Positions 23,540 through 36,599 are shown, numbered from the whole stretch's first letter. The stretch is 56,252 nucleotides of DNA, filler included, from Dugesia japonica (GCA_001938525.1; 5 parts of 5 records of this genome joined end to end with filler, not necessarily neighbours in it); one strand, 5' to 3'. Translations and numbers: made by a program. The notes: generated from the letters alone by a model not told the origin.

Positions 23540-25560
23540 AAACTAAGCATACTCTTATATTTCACAAAAATAATCTGTTGTTCACAGTTCGTTAAATAAA
23601 GAACATTCACTGTTTACTTCCTTTTTTTGTTGAATTGATTTGTCTGTGTCCTTCACTCCTTTTATATCTGTCTTTACTTTTTGACACCATTTTAATGTTC
23701 AAATCAGTTCTCTCGTTCTTTCTCTAAAACCATTATCTGAGTGAATATCTTTGAACCTTCTCAATTTGTTTGTCACTCTTGTTTGTGGATAACCATGTTT
23801 TTGCTACCCCTTTAGTACCTCACTCGTGTTTTCCTTCTCTGCTTTAATCCCTAGAACAGCTTCTCAAATCTGAAGTAATCTCGTTCTTGGTTTCCCCATC
23901 TTTGCTTCTCCCTGTTCCATTTGATACTGTGAACATGTATCACACATTAGTCTGCCCAATGTGCCCAAGTTTTTGTTTAACCTATCCTTTCTTTATTTTA
24001 GATTGATATTAAGATTACTAAGGACATCAATCCAAGTTTAAAATTTGCTTGTTATTGGCTTCTTCGTTGTCAGCATAAAGATGATTGCCTTATAATCCGT
24101 TCTCAAATTAAAATGTCTCTCGTACAAGTAGTTATTAAAATTCAGGAAAAGGTAGTACACTACGAACAACTTTTTCCTAGTTGTACAGTACCCATTTCCG
24201 TGAAAATACATTGCTTCCCAATGTCAGTGTCACGTCAAATTTATTTCTGTTAGTTCATCTGAATAAAATAGTTTTGTATTATCTTGGTCACTACGTAATT
24301 GTTTTAACTTCCTCACCTTAATCGCGTAATCGTTTATGAACTTCCTGTAATGATTGAATATTCATAATAAACTACGCACTCTCTTCACGCACTTTGATTT
24401 GCCGAATGATTTGATAGCTTTCACATTTATTGAATCTGTTTGGATTCATTTTTTGTTGGTGAAATGTCCTAAAAGTTTTCAAAAATTACACAGATGTCGA
24501 TTAAGCGTTTTGTAAATTCAATTGTTCAGAACAATTTTTTCCTTTCTGGGTTCTAACTATTTTCCCTTTCAACGATTTTCATTTATCATAATTCTCGTTC
24601 CCTTCTATCCCATATCTTTCATAATTATTCCGTCTATTATTTATTCCTTGACATTCTTTGCTGATATAATGTCTCATTCCGCATCGATAACATTGAACTG
24701 ATCGATTCTCCTGACATCTGCTAGTATGACTCTATGTTTTCAAACGTCCAACACATAAGCTTTAATTGAAGTGAACATTTCTATTTCATGTTACCTTCTT
24801 TATTACAGTTCCAGCACACTTTATTTATTTCTCAACTCTAATATTATCATGCAAATCTCTTCTATAATTCTGTATTTTCTCTTCATCTTAGTTCGTTACA
24901 TCGATTTTCTGGTAGTTTATTTTCTTGAATTCGATTGTTTCCTCAGTTTCCTTTAACCACCTTGGCGAATCTCATAATATTCTCAGATTCCTAACTGATT
25001 CTCACTTTGTCTATACGTTTCAAGGTCTCTTCAATATCTTCAACTTTTTGAATTTTCCTCAATATTAAATCTTCTACTCATTTATTTCTGACACCCTCTA
25101 CTTATAGTTAAGCTGTTAGTTTCTCTTTGGAGAAATCTTTGTTTGTGAAACGTTTTACTATAAATTCTTCCACTTTCTTAATATATGTGTTAAGGTCTTT
25201 TTTAATCTTTTTATATTCCACCATTATTTTCATATCTCCAATAACGTCTTAATCTTTGCTAAACGCATTCCACAATCGGTCTTGAAAGCAACCTCCTTTC
25301 GAGAATGCTTCCACATATTTTCCTACTAGCTCTTTATTGATCAGCCTTGTTACTAAACTTTCCTGTTTCCATTTGTTTGTAATCCCTTTCACTTTGAAGT
25401 ACAGCTCACACTTCCAAAACAATCTTATGATGTTATCTTGTCTACCTTATATTTTGAGCATCAAACGGTAAATTACAGAATCTATGTTCACTGCTGCCAC
25501 CATGTTAAGTAGTGTGATCACAGACCCGTCTTTAAATACCAATTAGTTTGCATTTTTATA
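23540..25560 (-). mobile_element. Ty3/gypsy copy 3: heavily deleted, with LTR end, PBS, gag, and RT/RNase H remnants
   Basis: Gag N-terminus MVAAVNID...WKCELYFKVKG, RNase H NYLYERHFNLRTDYKAIIFMLTTKKPI, and the motif CDTCSQYQME. Confidence 0.8.
25489..25502 (-). promoter_or_regulatory. Primer-binding site, tRNA-Leu-like, of gypsy copy 3
   Basis: The minus strand reads ...TTAACA|TGGTGGCAGCAGTG, 13/14 identical to TGGTGGCAGCGGTG, which I recall as the complement of the metazoan tRNA-Leu(AAG/UAG) 3' end. Confidence 0.7.
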
Positions 25561-25612
25561 ATTATTAGAGTCAGAATAATCTTGTGTTAAACCTTCAGCT
25601 CAAAGAAATCTA

Positions 25613-25815
25613 ACACAGACATCGATTAAAATTTAATGAATTTTATAGAAGTCGATAAAAGTTTTCAAAATTTACACAGATATCGACGAAGCTTCTAGCA
25701 AATTACATAGAAGTTGATAATAATTTTAAAAATTGCATAGAAGTCATTAAAAATTTTTAACAAATTATATAGAAGTCTATGAAATCTTTAATACATTTCT
25801 TAGATGTCTATGTAA
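25613..25815. repeat. Degenerate ~32-bp tandem repeat (core ATAGAAGTCGAT), about 7 units
   Basis: Periodic (T/C)AGA(A/T)GTC(G/T)AT cores; a related unit lies at ~24470-24505. Confidence 0.6.
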
Positions 25816-26035
25816 TTTCTCATACTATCATTCAATACAATCAATCACTAATTCACTTAAATCATTCAATATACTAAGAATCTTATGATATTATCTTGTC
25901 TTCTTTATATTTCGGGCATTAAATCGTCCATTACATTTACCTAATTAATTAAAGTATTCAATACATCCACTCTATATATTTAAATCATGCTATACACTTA
26001 ATAAATTCATTACATAAAATACATCAAATTCATCA

Positions 26036-26112
26036 AAACCAATATAGTTTCATACAGAAAACCAATAGGATTTCACATAGGAAACCAATAAAGTTTCATA
26101 CAATAAATCAAT
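26036..26112. repeat. Degenerate ~22-bp tandem repeat AAACCAATA..GTTTCATACA, about 4 units
   Basis: Directly visible; a looser similar array lies at ~44187-44280. Confidence 0.55.
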
Positions 26113-26996
26113 ATATCTTTTAGAAGATAGTGGCGTACTGTATCACCTCCCAACCGCCGATGTAAAAAATTATTAAGTAAGGGATTTAGAATTTTAAGCG
26201 ACGAACAAAATTTATGTGCAATTACATAATTTTTGTTCGTATTTTTTTAGCATACCGAATTATTTTCAAAATTTAATCTTTATATTGAAATTCTTTTAAT
26301 TATTATGGATTTTGTGGTAAATCGATGAAATTAGGTGATCTTTTTTAAAATTTTAAAATTTTTTAAATCAAATTTTTATGGAGATCCGGGTAAGCATCCC
26401 TAATTACGAAAATTTTTCAAAATTTTTTTTAATCAAGATTTTTAGATCAATCGATACAGAATTCTAATCCTTTTTCAAAAATAAAAATTTTTCGGAAATC
26501 TTTTTTCTTCTTGAAACATAAAATACTTATGTCTATTTGATAGAAAATTGTAGGCTGATGATAATGCTCATGGTTAAAAATCTTTAAACTTTATCCTGTT
26601 TAAAATAAATGAAGTTCTGACTCGAAAAATCTCAAATTTTTGAATTTTGGCGCTCAAATTCCTCGGCGTTTATAACTAGTATGGGTTCAAATTATATATC
26701 ATTAAACTCTTGAGGAAAACTGACTGGACAAAGTTAAAATATCGTTTCGAGAAAAATGCTTCCTAACGAAGATATAAAACTGTTCTCCTAGGTTTGGCAA
26801 CTTTTTTCGAAAAAATAAAACTATACTTCAAATTTTATCGCAATTGATATCTTTCAATAGATAATTTTACGGNGAGTAAGAAAACCATCATCTAATATCG
26901 TCAAATCTTATAGGCAAACAATGATATTGAAAAAACATGAATTTGATTTAGAAAAATTAAAAAGTATCTCAAATTTGAACATTAAACCATCTATTC

Positions 26997-27460
26997 CAAT
27001 GTTTCCCCACCTTTTTCGTGCCATGCCTCACTTAAGCTATAAAACTTTTAATATATCTCCTGCATAACATAAAGTTTTTAAATTTTTCAATAAGTATCTT
27101 AAATTATGGATTTCAGGTAGAAAGAACAAAGAAGTTATTAAACAAACATAATATATTCAGGTATTCAAATAGAAGTTATCTGAATGCATCTCGGCCACCA
27201 TGTAATGTCATTTCATTGCTCTTTTAAGCGCATTCATTCGCGGTGAGATCCTCTGTAAAAATGGTGCGAAATATTGAAATGGTAGCCAAAAGTTATTTGC
27301 ACTCCATACTGGATGTTTACTAAGCTTAAGAGATTACTTACAGTCACCATATAGTTAAATTTGCATTTTTCAAAAAATTCATTTTTCAATTGCCCCCACC
27401 AACCTTTAAACAATCGAATTAACTCTCGGTTAAGCGTACCTCCAACGTTGGGAAACACTT
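26997..27460. mobile_element. hAT MITE, 464 bp
   Basis: TIRs CAATGTTTCCCCAC / GTTGGGAAACACTT and a perfect 8-bp TSD ATCTATTC (26989-26996 and 27461-27468). Confidence 0.85.
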
Positions 27461-28099
27461 ATCTATTCAATAGAGAATTCTTTCAATCGTTACGAATAAC
27501 ATGGTTAAAAATTGTCTAATCTTAACCTTGATAAAAGAATTTGATAAAAAAGCATTTTTTTATGGGTTACTGCATGAACAATATCAAAATTTAATAATAA
27601 TTAATTATTTAAACTTGCAATTAGAATGTTCTAGAATCAGTTNTTTTACTGTATCAATAACATTTTATTATACACACTTGTTTAGAAACCTAAACAGAAA
27701 CAGTAATTCAATATTCATTATTTAAAATTGAAGATGATATAAACGCTTACTATGGAATATGCATCTACACTAGTATTCAAGTGTGAAAAGCTAACCAATT
27801 ACTACAAATATGAAATGGTTTTCTATAGAAGATCAATTCATTACGCTTTTTGAGTACTATTGGATTTAGTAATTAATTTATTAATATTTTTCATTTAGAA
27901 CCCTGCAACAGTGAAGCTTTGTCTTTACGACTTAATCGTATCTGGAATCAGTGAAAATTATTTAAAAAAGCACTTTATGCACTTAACAAAATTAAAGATA
28001 CAATAAGTCAAATCTGTAATGATGAAAATCTTGAAATTCAAAAATATATTTATTATTTACACTTTGAATATTTAAACAAAACTTCAAGGTCACAAAAAT

Positions 28100-30105
28100 T
28101 TCCAACTTCTCCATCTCTTTCAGATTTTTAACACCTTTTCAGCCATTCCTTACGTCTGTATTTCGAACCTTTTTAATTTTGCAATCTTACTTGATGAAGT
28201 GAAAGGAATTCCATAATTTTGAAGGGCACATCATATATAATCGTTTTTCTTTCATTTTGCTAGATTTATCTTTACAAAAACTTTATCTCCTACTTTAAAT
28301 TCCCTTTCAACTTGGTTTCCTTCTTGATTCATCATCTTTTTTGAAGCTTGGTTTAGGTTGCCATCAGTCTTTTCCAAAACTTCTTTACGACTACTCTTGA
28401 ATTCTTTCGTTGAATGAATATTAATTTTCCTTCCACAGATAACTTCCATCGGAGAATCCTGTTNCTGTTAATATCATGCAATTGAATGAAAACTCAACTT
28501 TTGGAAGAATTTCATCCCAACACTTTTCCTCTCCTCCAGATTTCAAGAATGTTAATACCATATCTCTGACAGTTTTAATTGCACGTTCTGCTAAACCATT
28601 TGACTTATGTTTTTAGGGAGATGTAAATATCCATGAAATATGGAATCTTAAGGCAAATTCTTGTAAAACATTTCATTCAAACACTCTTCCTCGATCAGAA
28701 AAAATGTGTTTACATTTTCTAAATTTGTAAATCCCATTGTTTTGATCTTGTTTTCGTGCATAAAAACTGAATAATTTGCTGAACTGATGAATTATGGCTA
28801 AATAATCAGAAGAAATAATCATATATATATTTTGTTGTTTTCTTTAATCGAACATGGCATAAATCTCTATGAATTTTGTTCACAAAATTAGTTACGCATC
28901 TTTTAGGAACCACTATCTTTTGCTNNNNNNNNNNNNNNNNNNNNNNNNNNNNNNNNNNNNNNNNNNNNNNNNNNNNNNNNNNNNNNNNNNNNNNNNNNNN
29001 NNNNNNNNNNNNNNNNNNNNNNNNNNNNNNNNNNNNNNNNNNNNNNNNNNNNNNNNNNNNNNNNNCTTTAAATTCCTTTATGAAATTGTGCGAATCACTT
29101 CTGAAAACGTTCATAACATTTAAATATTTTACCTTAGACTTGGCATTTTCATGTTCAGTCTGGCATTGTGAACAATAACTGGACGTCAGTCTTGATATAT
29201 CATCAGCATTGGAATGATGTTCCCCTTTTCTATACTTCAATACGAAATCATATTCTGATAACTCGTTTATCTAAGTCTAAAANTGTGGCGTAATTGGTTT
29301 TTTCGAATTCTTTATAAACTCTAAAGCTTTGTGATAGGTTATTGCTACAAACCTTTTTCCATAAAGATAATGCCGAAACTGTCCAATAAATTCATAAAGA
29401 GCTAATAACTCCTTCCTAGTCACATAATATTCTCTTTCATGTGCGTTTAACAGCCTTGATCCGTTTGCTATAACGACTTCCATACCTTTTGTGATTAGCT
29501 CAGTACTGCACCAATTCCCGAAAAACTGGCATCAGTATCCAGAATAAATTGACTTTCTTAATTAGGATACTCCAATACTCGAGAATTACAAAGAGCTTCC
29601 TTGATTTTTCCGAAGCTCGTCTTGCATTCCTTTGTCTACATTATTTCGAACTTTTGACTTTTGATAGCAGCATATAAAAGTGTAGCAAGTTACAAAAATT
29701 CTTTGTAAATTTCCTGTAATAGTTTGTCATTCCAAGAAAAGATTGCAACTGTTTAGTACATTTCAAAATTCCAGCATTAACAATCTTCTTGACTTTCTCT
29801 GAATATAGTTTTTATCCAAATTTGATTATTTATGACCCAAAAGCACGAGCTCTTCTTGATACAGTTTACATTTGGCTAGATTTACTTAAAGACCAGATGC
29901 TTAAATTCTTTGAAATACTTCTGATAAAATACTATCATGTTCCTTCCGATTTTTTGCAAAGATTAGAATATCATCGATATAAACTGCAATGCCTTTAAAT
30001 AGAATATCCGACAAAATTGTATGTATTAATTTTTGAAATGTAGCAGGAGTGGTTGATAGGCTGAATGACATGCGATAATAACAGTACTGATCTTTCTTTG
30101 TAAAA
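28100..30105 (-). mobile_element. Ty3/gypsy copy 4: decayed RT, RNase H and integrase
   Basis: PATFQKL, VYIDDILIF, TRKELLAL, FRHYLYGKRF, HSNADDISR, IHRDLCH and FKVGDKVFVK. Confidence 0.9.
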
Positions 30106-30639
30106 AAAAGCGGTTTTTTTAATAACTTGAAGAAAAATTCAGAAAAAATATTTTGTTGACTTAATATCATCAGATATTTTCATTCAAATTCATACATTAA
30201 TTTTTATATCCAGGGTCGCAAAAACATATCCTTGCAGTATTGAGGTTGCGAATCAGAAAATTTTGGGAATCCCTGGTCTAATTTATAATATTTAATAATA
30301 TAATTTTAATATATTTCGGTTCAATATAAAAAAATTTGAATTCGCTTTTTACAAAAACTATCTTACAACAAAATCATCCAAATAGACTGAACTTTCTTTC
30401 CAATTAATATTTCCAAAGAAAATCTTCAATAATTTTACTGTCCAACTAAAAGCTTTTTTTGTAACAGAATTTTAAATTAATAACTTCTAAACGATTCATT
30501 AAAGTATTACAATCAATATTAAAATTAGTCATTAAGTAATTAAAATATTATTATTAATCACATTACAACATTTAAAATTTATGTAGTAAAATATTCTTGT
30601 ATGAAATTAAAATAAGTTATTGCAAATGTCGGAATAATG

Positions 30640-30912
30640 TTACGTGGAAACATTCATTTGTGATCCTGTAAGAATTGACAAACTACAACTTATATTTTTT
30701 TGATGTTCTAATTTTGCCTGTTCAATTTCACTTAATTTCACAAGTACTGTATCAATTTTCCCGACAATTTCAGAAATATTTTTCTCTACTATATTAACTC
30801 TGTCAACAAGACCATTGAACAATTCTTCGTCAACTGGCATCAAAGTATCATCTTCCAATTTCATAGAAAGATCAGAGTCTTTATCATCGCTTTCTCTTCC
30901 TTCGAGATTTAT
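30640..30912 (-). CDS. pkd2: Last coding exon of a polycystin-2 (TRPP/PKD2-family) channel: C-terminal coiled coil
   Basis: FNGLVDRVNIVEKNISEIVGKIDTVLVKLSEIEQAKL matches the PKD2 coiled coil [37 protein letters not shown]. A phase-0 acceptor ...TTAACTTATTAAACACAG lies at 30913 and the stop is at 30640-30642. Confidence 0.85.
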   Translation of the reverse strand: MNLEGRESDDKDSDLSMKLEDDTLMPVDEELFNGLVDRVNIVEKNISEIVGKIDTVLVKLSEIEQAKLEHQKNISCSLSILTGSQMNVST

Positions 30913-31034
30913 CTGTGTTTAATAAGTTAAAAACTAATTTTTAATAGAATAATTAAATTAAAATTTTTGATATCAGTGCACTAGAAAAAATCACTTGACC
31001 ATTTATTTTTATAATTAATTAAGTATAATAAATA

Positions 31035-31324
31035 TTAGATTGAGTAAAAAGTTCGTGCGACGTTTTAAAATTATGAGTTTTTTATATTATGCAAAAGATA
31101 ATATCTTTTGTTTTATTAATCTAATTTCAAGGTCCTTATTAAAATTTATTNATTTCAAAATGATGTCTNATTACGAAATAACAAACTTTGAGCTGTTGCA
31201 TTATTATTGTCGAAGTAGTAATACTTTCCAGATCGTGGACAATGAAGAACAATAATTTTTGAATAAATTCTTGTAAAAAAGGCCGTTATTTTAACACGGC
31301 GCATGAACTTTTCTTCCAACTTAG
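31035..31324 (+). mobile_element. Internally deleted mariner (MITE-like), about 290 bp
   Basis: Imperfect TIRs TTAGATTGAGTAAAAAGTTCGTGCG / CGCATGAACTTTTCTTCCAACTTAG, and a C-terminal remnant QIVDNEEQ. Confidence 0.7.
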
Positions 31325-31899
31325 TCATAAGAATAATTATTATTAATTAATTATAATTAATCAGTCAATTGATCAATTCATTAAAACTTTAAACTAATTN
31401 NNNNNNNNNNNNNNNNNNNNNNNNNNNNNNNNNNNNNNNNNNNNNNNNNNNNNNNNNNNNNNNNNNNNNNNNNNNNNNNNNNNNNNNNNNNNNNNNNNNN
31501 NNNNNNNNNNNNNNNNNNNNNNNNNNNNNNNNNNNNNNNNNNNNNNNNNNNNNNNNNNNGTAATACAATATTGATTTACATCATTAAATAACATTACTGA
31601 ATTTTTTGGTTTAATTAAACTTAGAGAGGACGCCAAATTAGAAAAAAATTAAATTTGCTTAGTAACAATGATTTTATTTTAAAATTAGTTAATTATATTT
31701 AAAAAAAACAAATTTTGAGAAATATAAACCATAATCAATTAATACTGTTTAAAACATTATGAAGTAATGTTCCAAATTGGTACAAATATGAACATTTAGC
31801 AATTTTGAGAAGTTCTTAATAAAGCACTTCACTTTAAAAGATTTATACTAAACCGGTAAATGAATAAAGTAAATTTTTTGAATTTTTAACTTTTTGTTA

Positions 31900-32290
31900 A
31901 ACAAGCAACGTCCAGAGCAAACCAAGATTTGTATCCGCGCAAGATGATTATTTGCGTCTGGTGTGATTAGCAAGGCAAGCAACCAGACAGTCAACGGAGA
32001 TATACATATTCTGCAAAATGCAGCGGCACAACATGAAAATTCAACAAAAAAAGACCAGAATCGCAATATTGCGTCCACCTGAAACACGATAATGCACACA
32101 CTCATATCACCAACATCACGAAAAATGCCATCCAAATGCCTGGTTTAGAAGAATTGCTATATCCTTTCATATTTATCAGACCTTATGTCGTCGGATGTTT
32201 ACCTTCAATAATTGACTCGAATTGCGAAGAGTTGGATGAATTCTTTAATTTAAAACCAATTGATTTTTATCCCAGAGGAATCGAAAAACT
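31900..32290 (+). mobile_element. Mariner transposase fragment
   Basis: LYPRKMIICVWCD, HDNAHTH, GLEELLYP and LDEFFNLKPIDFYPRGIEK. Confidence 0.8.
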
Positions 32291-32390
32291 NNNNNNNNNN
32301 NNNNNNNNNNNNNNNNNNNNNNNNNNNNNNNNNNTTAATTAATTAANNNNNNNNNNNNNNNNNNNNNNNNNNNNNNNNNNNNNNNNNNNN
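32291..32390. other. Artificial contig-joining spacer
   Basis: N44-TTAATTAATTAA-N44. Confidence 0.95.
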
Positions 32391-32446
<56 letters not shown>

Positions 32447-32461
32447 ATTATTATTATTATT
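32391..32461. repeat. (TTA)n microsatellite
   Basis: Directly visible. Confidence 0.9.
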
Positions 32462-32588
32462 GTGTTACTTTGATTTCATAACTAAATGTTTTATTTCAAA
32501 TAGAAATTCCTTACAATGTTAATAATTAATATTTCCGAAAAAAACCAATCACACAAAAATTTCAACTTGCTTTTGAAAACCACTAACA

Positions 32589-32599
32589 TCCCCCTTTTT
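32589..32599 (-). promoter_or_regulatory. Polypurine tract of gypsy copy 5
   Basis: Minus-strand AAAAAGGGGGA immediately precedes the TGT of the 3' LTR. Confidence 0.8.
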
Positions 32600-35500
32600 A
32601 AGAAATTTTTTGATCTTCCCTACGTTTGTTTTGAGACTTTTTCCGTTTGTATCCTCTAGGATGTAACGTATGTCATGAATCTTCCTCTTGATCTTATAGG
32701 GTCCTTCATAACGATCTTGACTCTTGTTTCAGCTTTCACTAAGACCTCATTATCGATCTTGAATTGTCTTTTGGTTAATATTCCTTCCCCTTGTTCTTTG
32801 TGCACTGTTTAAGTATTGGTTTCATACCATTTTTCTCTGCTTATTCTCTTCCCAAATACGATTTCAGCAGGTTTTTTCCGATAGTTTTCTGTTTTGTAGC
32901 ATTTAAGGCAAATTCTATCTCTGGTAATACATCTGCCAAATCTGAAGTTTTCCTATCTTTAAGCGTTGCACTAATCATATCCCGTATAGTTCTAAACTGC
33001 CTCTCGATTTGCCCATTTGCGTTATGATGATATGGACTCGAAAACCTTAGGGTGATTCCATGTTCAGCTGCGAAATCTTTCATTGATTTTGACTCAAATG
33101 CTCTTCCACAATTAACTCGCATTTCTCTCGGAAACCCTAACTTTAATAATCTCTAATATTGCTTTCCATGTGGTATCTTCATCTTGTCTTGTAATTGCTA
33201 TCAAGACATACTTACTGCATTGGTCTATTATACCGAGAACCTATTTTTTCCGACCTCTTGTCACCAGCAGTGGTCCACACACATCTATAAATAACAGTTC
33301 AAACATTTTGGCTGGCTGCGTCTTTTTCGTTTCTTCCTTCTTTTTTGTTGTCAACACTTTAGCTTTTTGGTATGTTAATCAACTTCGGACAACCTCTTGT
33401 ACTTTGTTCCACAAATGTTTTACATTATATTTCTGCTTCATATAATCTGCTACCTTTTCTGCTCCAGCATGACACAAAATATGGTGTATCCTCATTATAA
33501 CTTCTTCTACTTTATCATCAGGTATCCATGTTCATTTATCATTCTCACCAAAATTACCTTGTTTTCCTTGAATATCTACTGTATTTAACATCCTTGTTTT
33601 TAATTTTCCACTTTTGGGATCCTCATGTGATATTAGACATTGTGTACATGTACCGCATGCATTCCTTGACAACATATCCGCATTTGTATGAAGCGATCCT
33701 TTTCTATATTCCAATTTTTTATCTAAACTGCTCAAATAATTAATCCAGGTTTGAAACTGTNNNNNNNNNNNNNNNNNNNNNNNNNNNNNNNNNNNNNNNN
33801 NNNNNNNNNNTCTGAGGATAAATCTCTTCCCATATAAATAATGTTTGAGATGAATACAAAAGTAGTAAATTGCGAGCGATTCTTACCGCGTAGTACAATA
33901 TCCTTTCTCATGACTTGTCATTGCGTGTGGCCCATATGCAATTACTCTTTCTTGCCCGTTGTTGTCCCTTTGAGATAGTACTGTCCCAATCGTATCAAAA
34001 CTCGCATCCATGTCCAAATTAAATTCTCTATTTATATCTGGAAAACATAATATTGAAGACATCACTAGTGCTTATTTCATTCCATTAAAAACTTCTTCTA
34101 ATTCATTCGCCCATTCAATTTTCTTGTTATTTGGCCCACTACACAGTTGTTCCAGCAATCTAGCTTTTTTCGAATAATCTTTAATAAACTTGCGATAGTA
34201 ATTACAAATTCCTAAAAAGCTTCTCATTTTCTTAACGCAGTTTGGTTTACCAAAGTTCTTAATTGCTTCTATTTTAGTTAGATCTGTTTTGACACNTTCT
34301 TTNCTNATAANNTNTNCCAAANNTTTGATCTCNTTTCGCATGAATTGACATTTCTCCAGATTAACTCTAAGACCAGCCTTCTTAATTTCTGTTAATACTC
34401 TATTGATTATTTCATAGTGTTGCTTCTTTGTTTTGATAAATATGAGAATATCATCTAGATAAACCATTGCTTCTATTAATTTTCCGATTAGTTTATTCAT
34501 AATTTCCTGGAACGTACCTGGTGCTGCTGGAATTCCAAAAGGCATTCTATTGAAACAAAATTGCCCTTTTTTGGTCGAAAAAGCCGTCTTTTCTTGAGAA
34601 TCTTCACTGAGTTCCACTTGTTAATATGCATTTCCCAAGTCTATTGAGCTAAACTACTGCGTACCTTCCAAAGCATCTAGCATTTCGTCCACATTTGGCA
34701 TAGGAAAAGCTTGTCTTTCTGTTATTGCATTGAGCTGTCTAAAGTCTAAGCATAATCGTATATCCTTTTTTTCCTTTTTNNNNNNNNNNNNNNNNNNNGT
34801 ATTCCATTGCAAATTACACTTCCGGATGATACCATTATCATATAGATTCTTGATGGCCTCTTCAATCTTTTCCTCTAGATTCATTTGTTGGCGATACGGT
34901 TTTATGTTGACTGAACCTCCTTTAGTGAGTATTCAATGCTTCGTTAAGTGTGTACATCCAATGTCCCATTTATCCGCCATAAATGCATCCTCAATATTCT
35001 GAATAATCGCAGTCAATCTATGATCTTTGTTAATTTCTAGAATCTCCATTGCATGTCTCAATTGTTGACCCGTCTTTATTTGCCTTCCAAATTCTTCTCG
35101 ATGATTATTGATGTCTACCCTGCACTTGTTTTGCAGATGATACCCAAAAGTATTCTGAATTTCCACTCCACCAATTAGATCTGGTATTAATTTCTCTACT
35201 ATTATAAATCTTACTTCCTTGCACACTTCTGAAACTACAACTTTGACACGTATCTTTCCAATCGTCTCCAATGAGCTGTTATTTGCGCAATGTAATCGTT
35301 CCTCGCTTTTTTATATTATTGTTTCTCCGAGTCTATTAAATCCTTTCGTGCTCATCACATTTATTCTTGCTCCTGTATCCCACAAACAATCAAATTGTTC
35401 CCCCTTGATCATCACTGAAATGCTGAGTCTCCCTTGCATTTTATCATACGAAATTTCTGCATTCTATTTTTCTTCAATTATTCCTATCACTCCTGCTTTG

Positions 35501-36589
35501 TTAACTTCTGCATCATTGAAACTTTCTCTTTTTAGGAATCTTTTTCTCTCACTTTACTTGTCTTATCCCATTTCTCGGCCTCTTGGAGATATTCAGACGG
35601 TATCTTGTTTAATGGATGTCTCCGATCAACTCTCTACTGATGGATTCTCTACTTGGATCTTCATTTTCTATTATGCTCTCAGAAAATCTCTCTTCATTCT
35701 CATCATCAAATTCTTCTCGAGTGGCATGAATTGGTTTTGTCCGACTCCAATCTTTTGTTTGTTGTCCGCTTTTAAAATTGTATCTTCTCTCTTCTAGTCT
35801 AGGTTTATTAATGTTCNAATAACATTCTTCTGCTCTGTGACTTGGTCTTTTCAATATACCGCATACAATTTCTGTGCACATCCTTCTGATATGACTAATC
35901 TTACCACACCCAAAAAAGTTTGGTGGTTACTTGCCTGGACAATTTCTACTTAAATGCCCTTTTTTGCGATAAGTCCAACATTTCACATGAAAATTTTTGG
36001 ACACTCTCTTTTTTATGCCCATAACTCTGGCATGTCCAACACTGTGGTTCTGTTCTTTTTGTAACTCTCTCAATATTTTGTTTCTTTTCTCCGAAACAGT
36101 TCTCCACGTGTTACACCAGCGTAACTCTTTACTACGTTAATTGGTTCTCTTCTTTCTATTTTTTCGACCAAAGATAACGTTTCTTTTATGTCTTCTACTT
36201 TCTCAAATTTTTGCATGATAATTTCTTCTTCTGCTTTTTTACTATTTCCACAAATTATTAGCATTTTTGAAAAGGGTTTTTCTTTCGTCAACTCTTCATT
36301 TGTTAAAAATTTATCGACCAAATCTTCCACTTTTTTAAAATAGACTTCAATGTCTTCATCACCACGTTGATAGCTTACAAAATTCTATAAAAGCTAATCG
36401 CAATATGCTTCCATATGCTTCCATTACATATGCTTCCATTAAATCTTCATGAAGCATAAATGTTACCCAACGTTCCTGATCTTTCTTAAAATGATGTTCT
36501 TTGCCTCAAAGTATATTTCACACCGTTTCATAAACTTCTCTAGACCATCGTCTCTGCAAAATAATTTTGGTAACAATCTTTCTGTGATT

Positions 36590-36599
36590 GCTGCCACCA
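36590..36599 (-). promoter_or_regulatory. Primer-binding site, tRNA-Leu-like, of gypsy copy 5
   Basis: TGGTGGCAGC directly follows the inferred LTR end and is the same as in copy 3. Confidence 0.65.

Noticed and set aside
35219-35797. 192-aa plus-strand ORF and similar ORFs antisense to gypsy or H1 sequence (e.g. 16604-16969, 9570-10209)
   Set aside because: These are shadow frames of the opposite-strand coding relics and have no motifs of their own.
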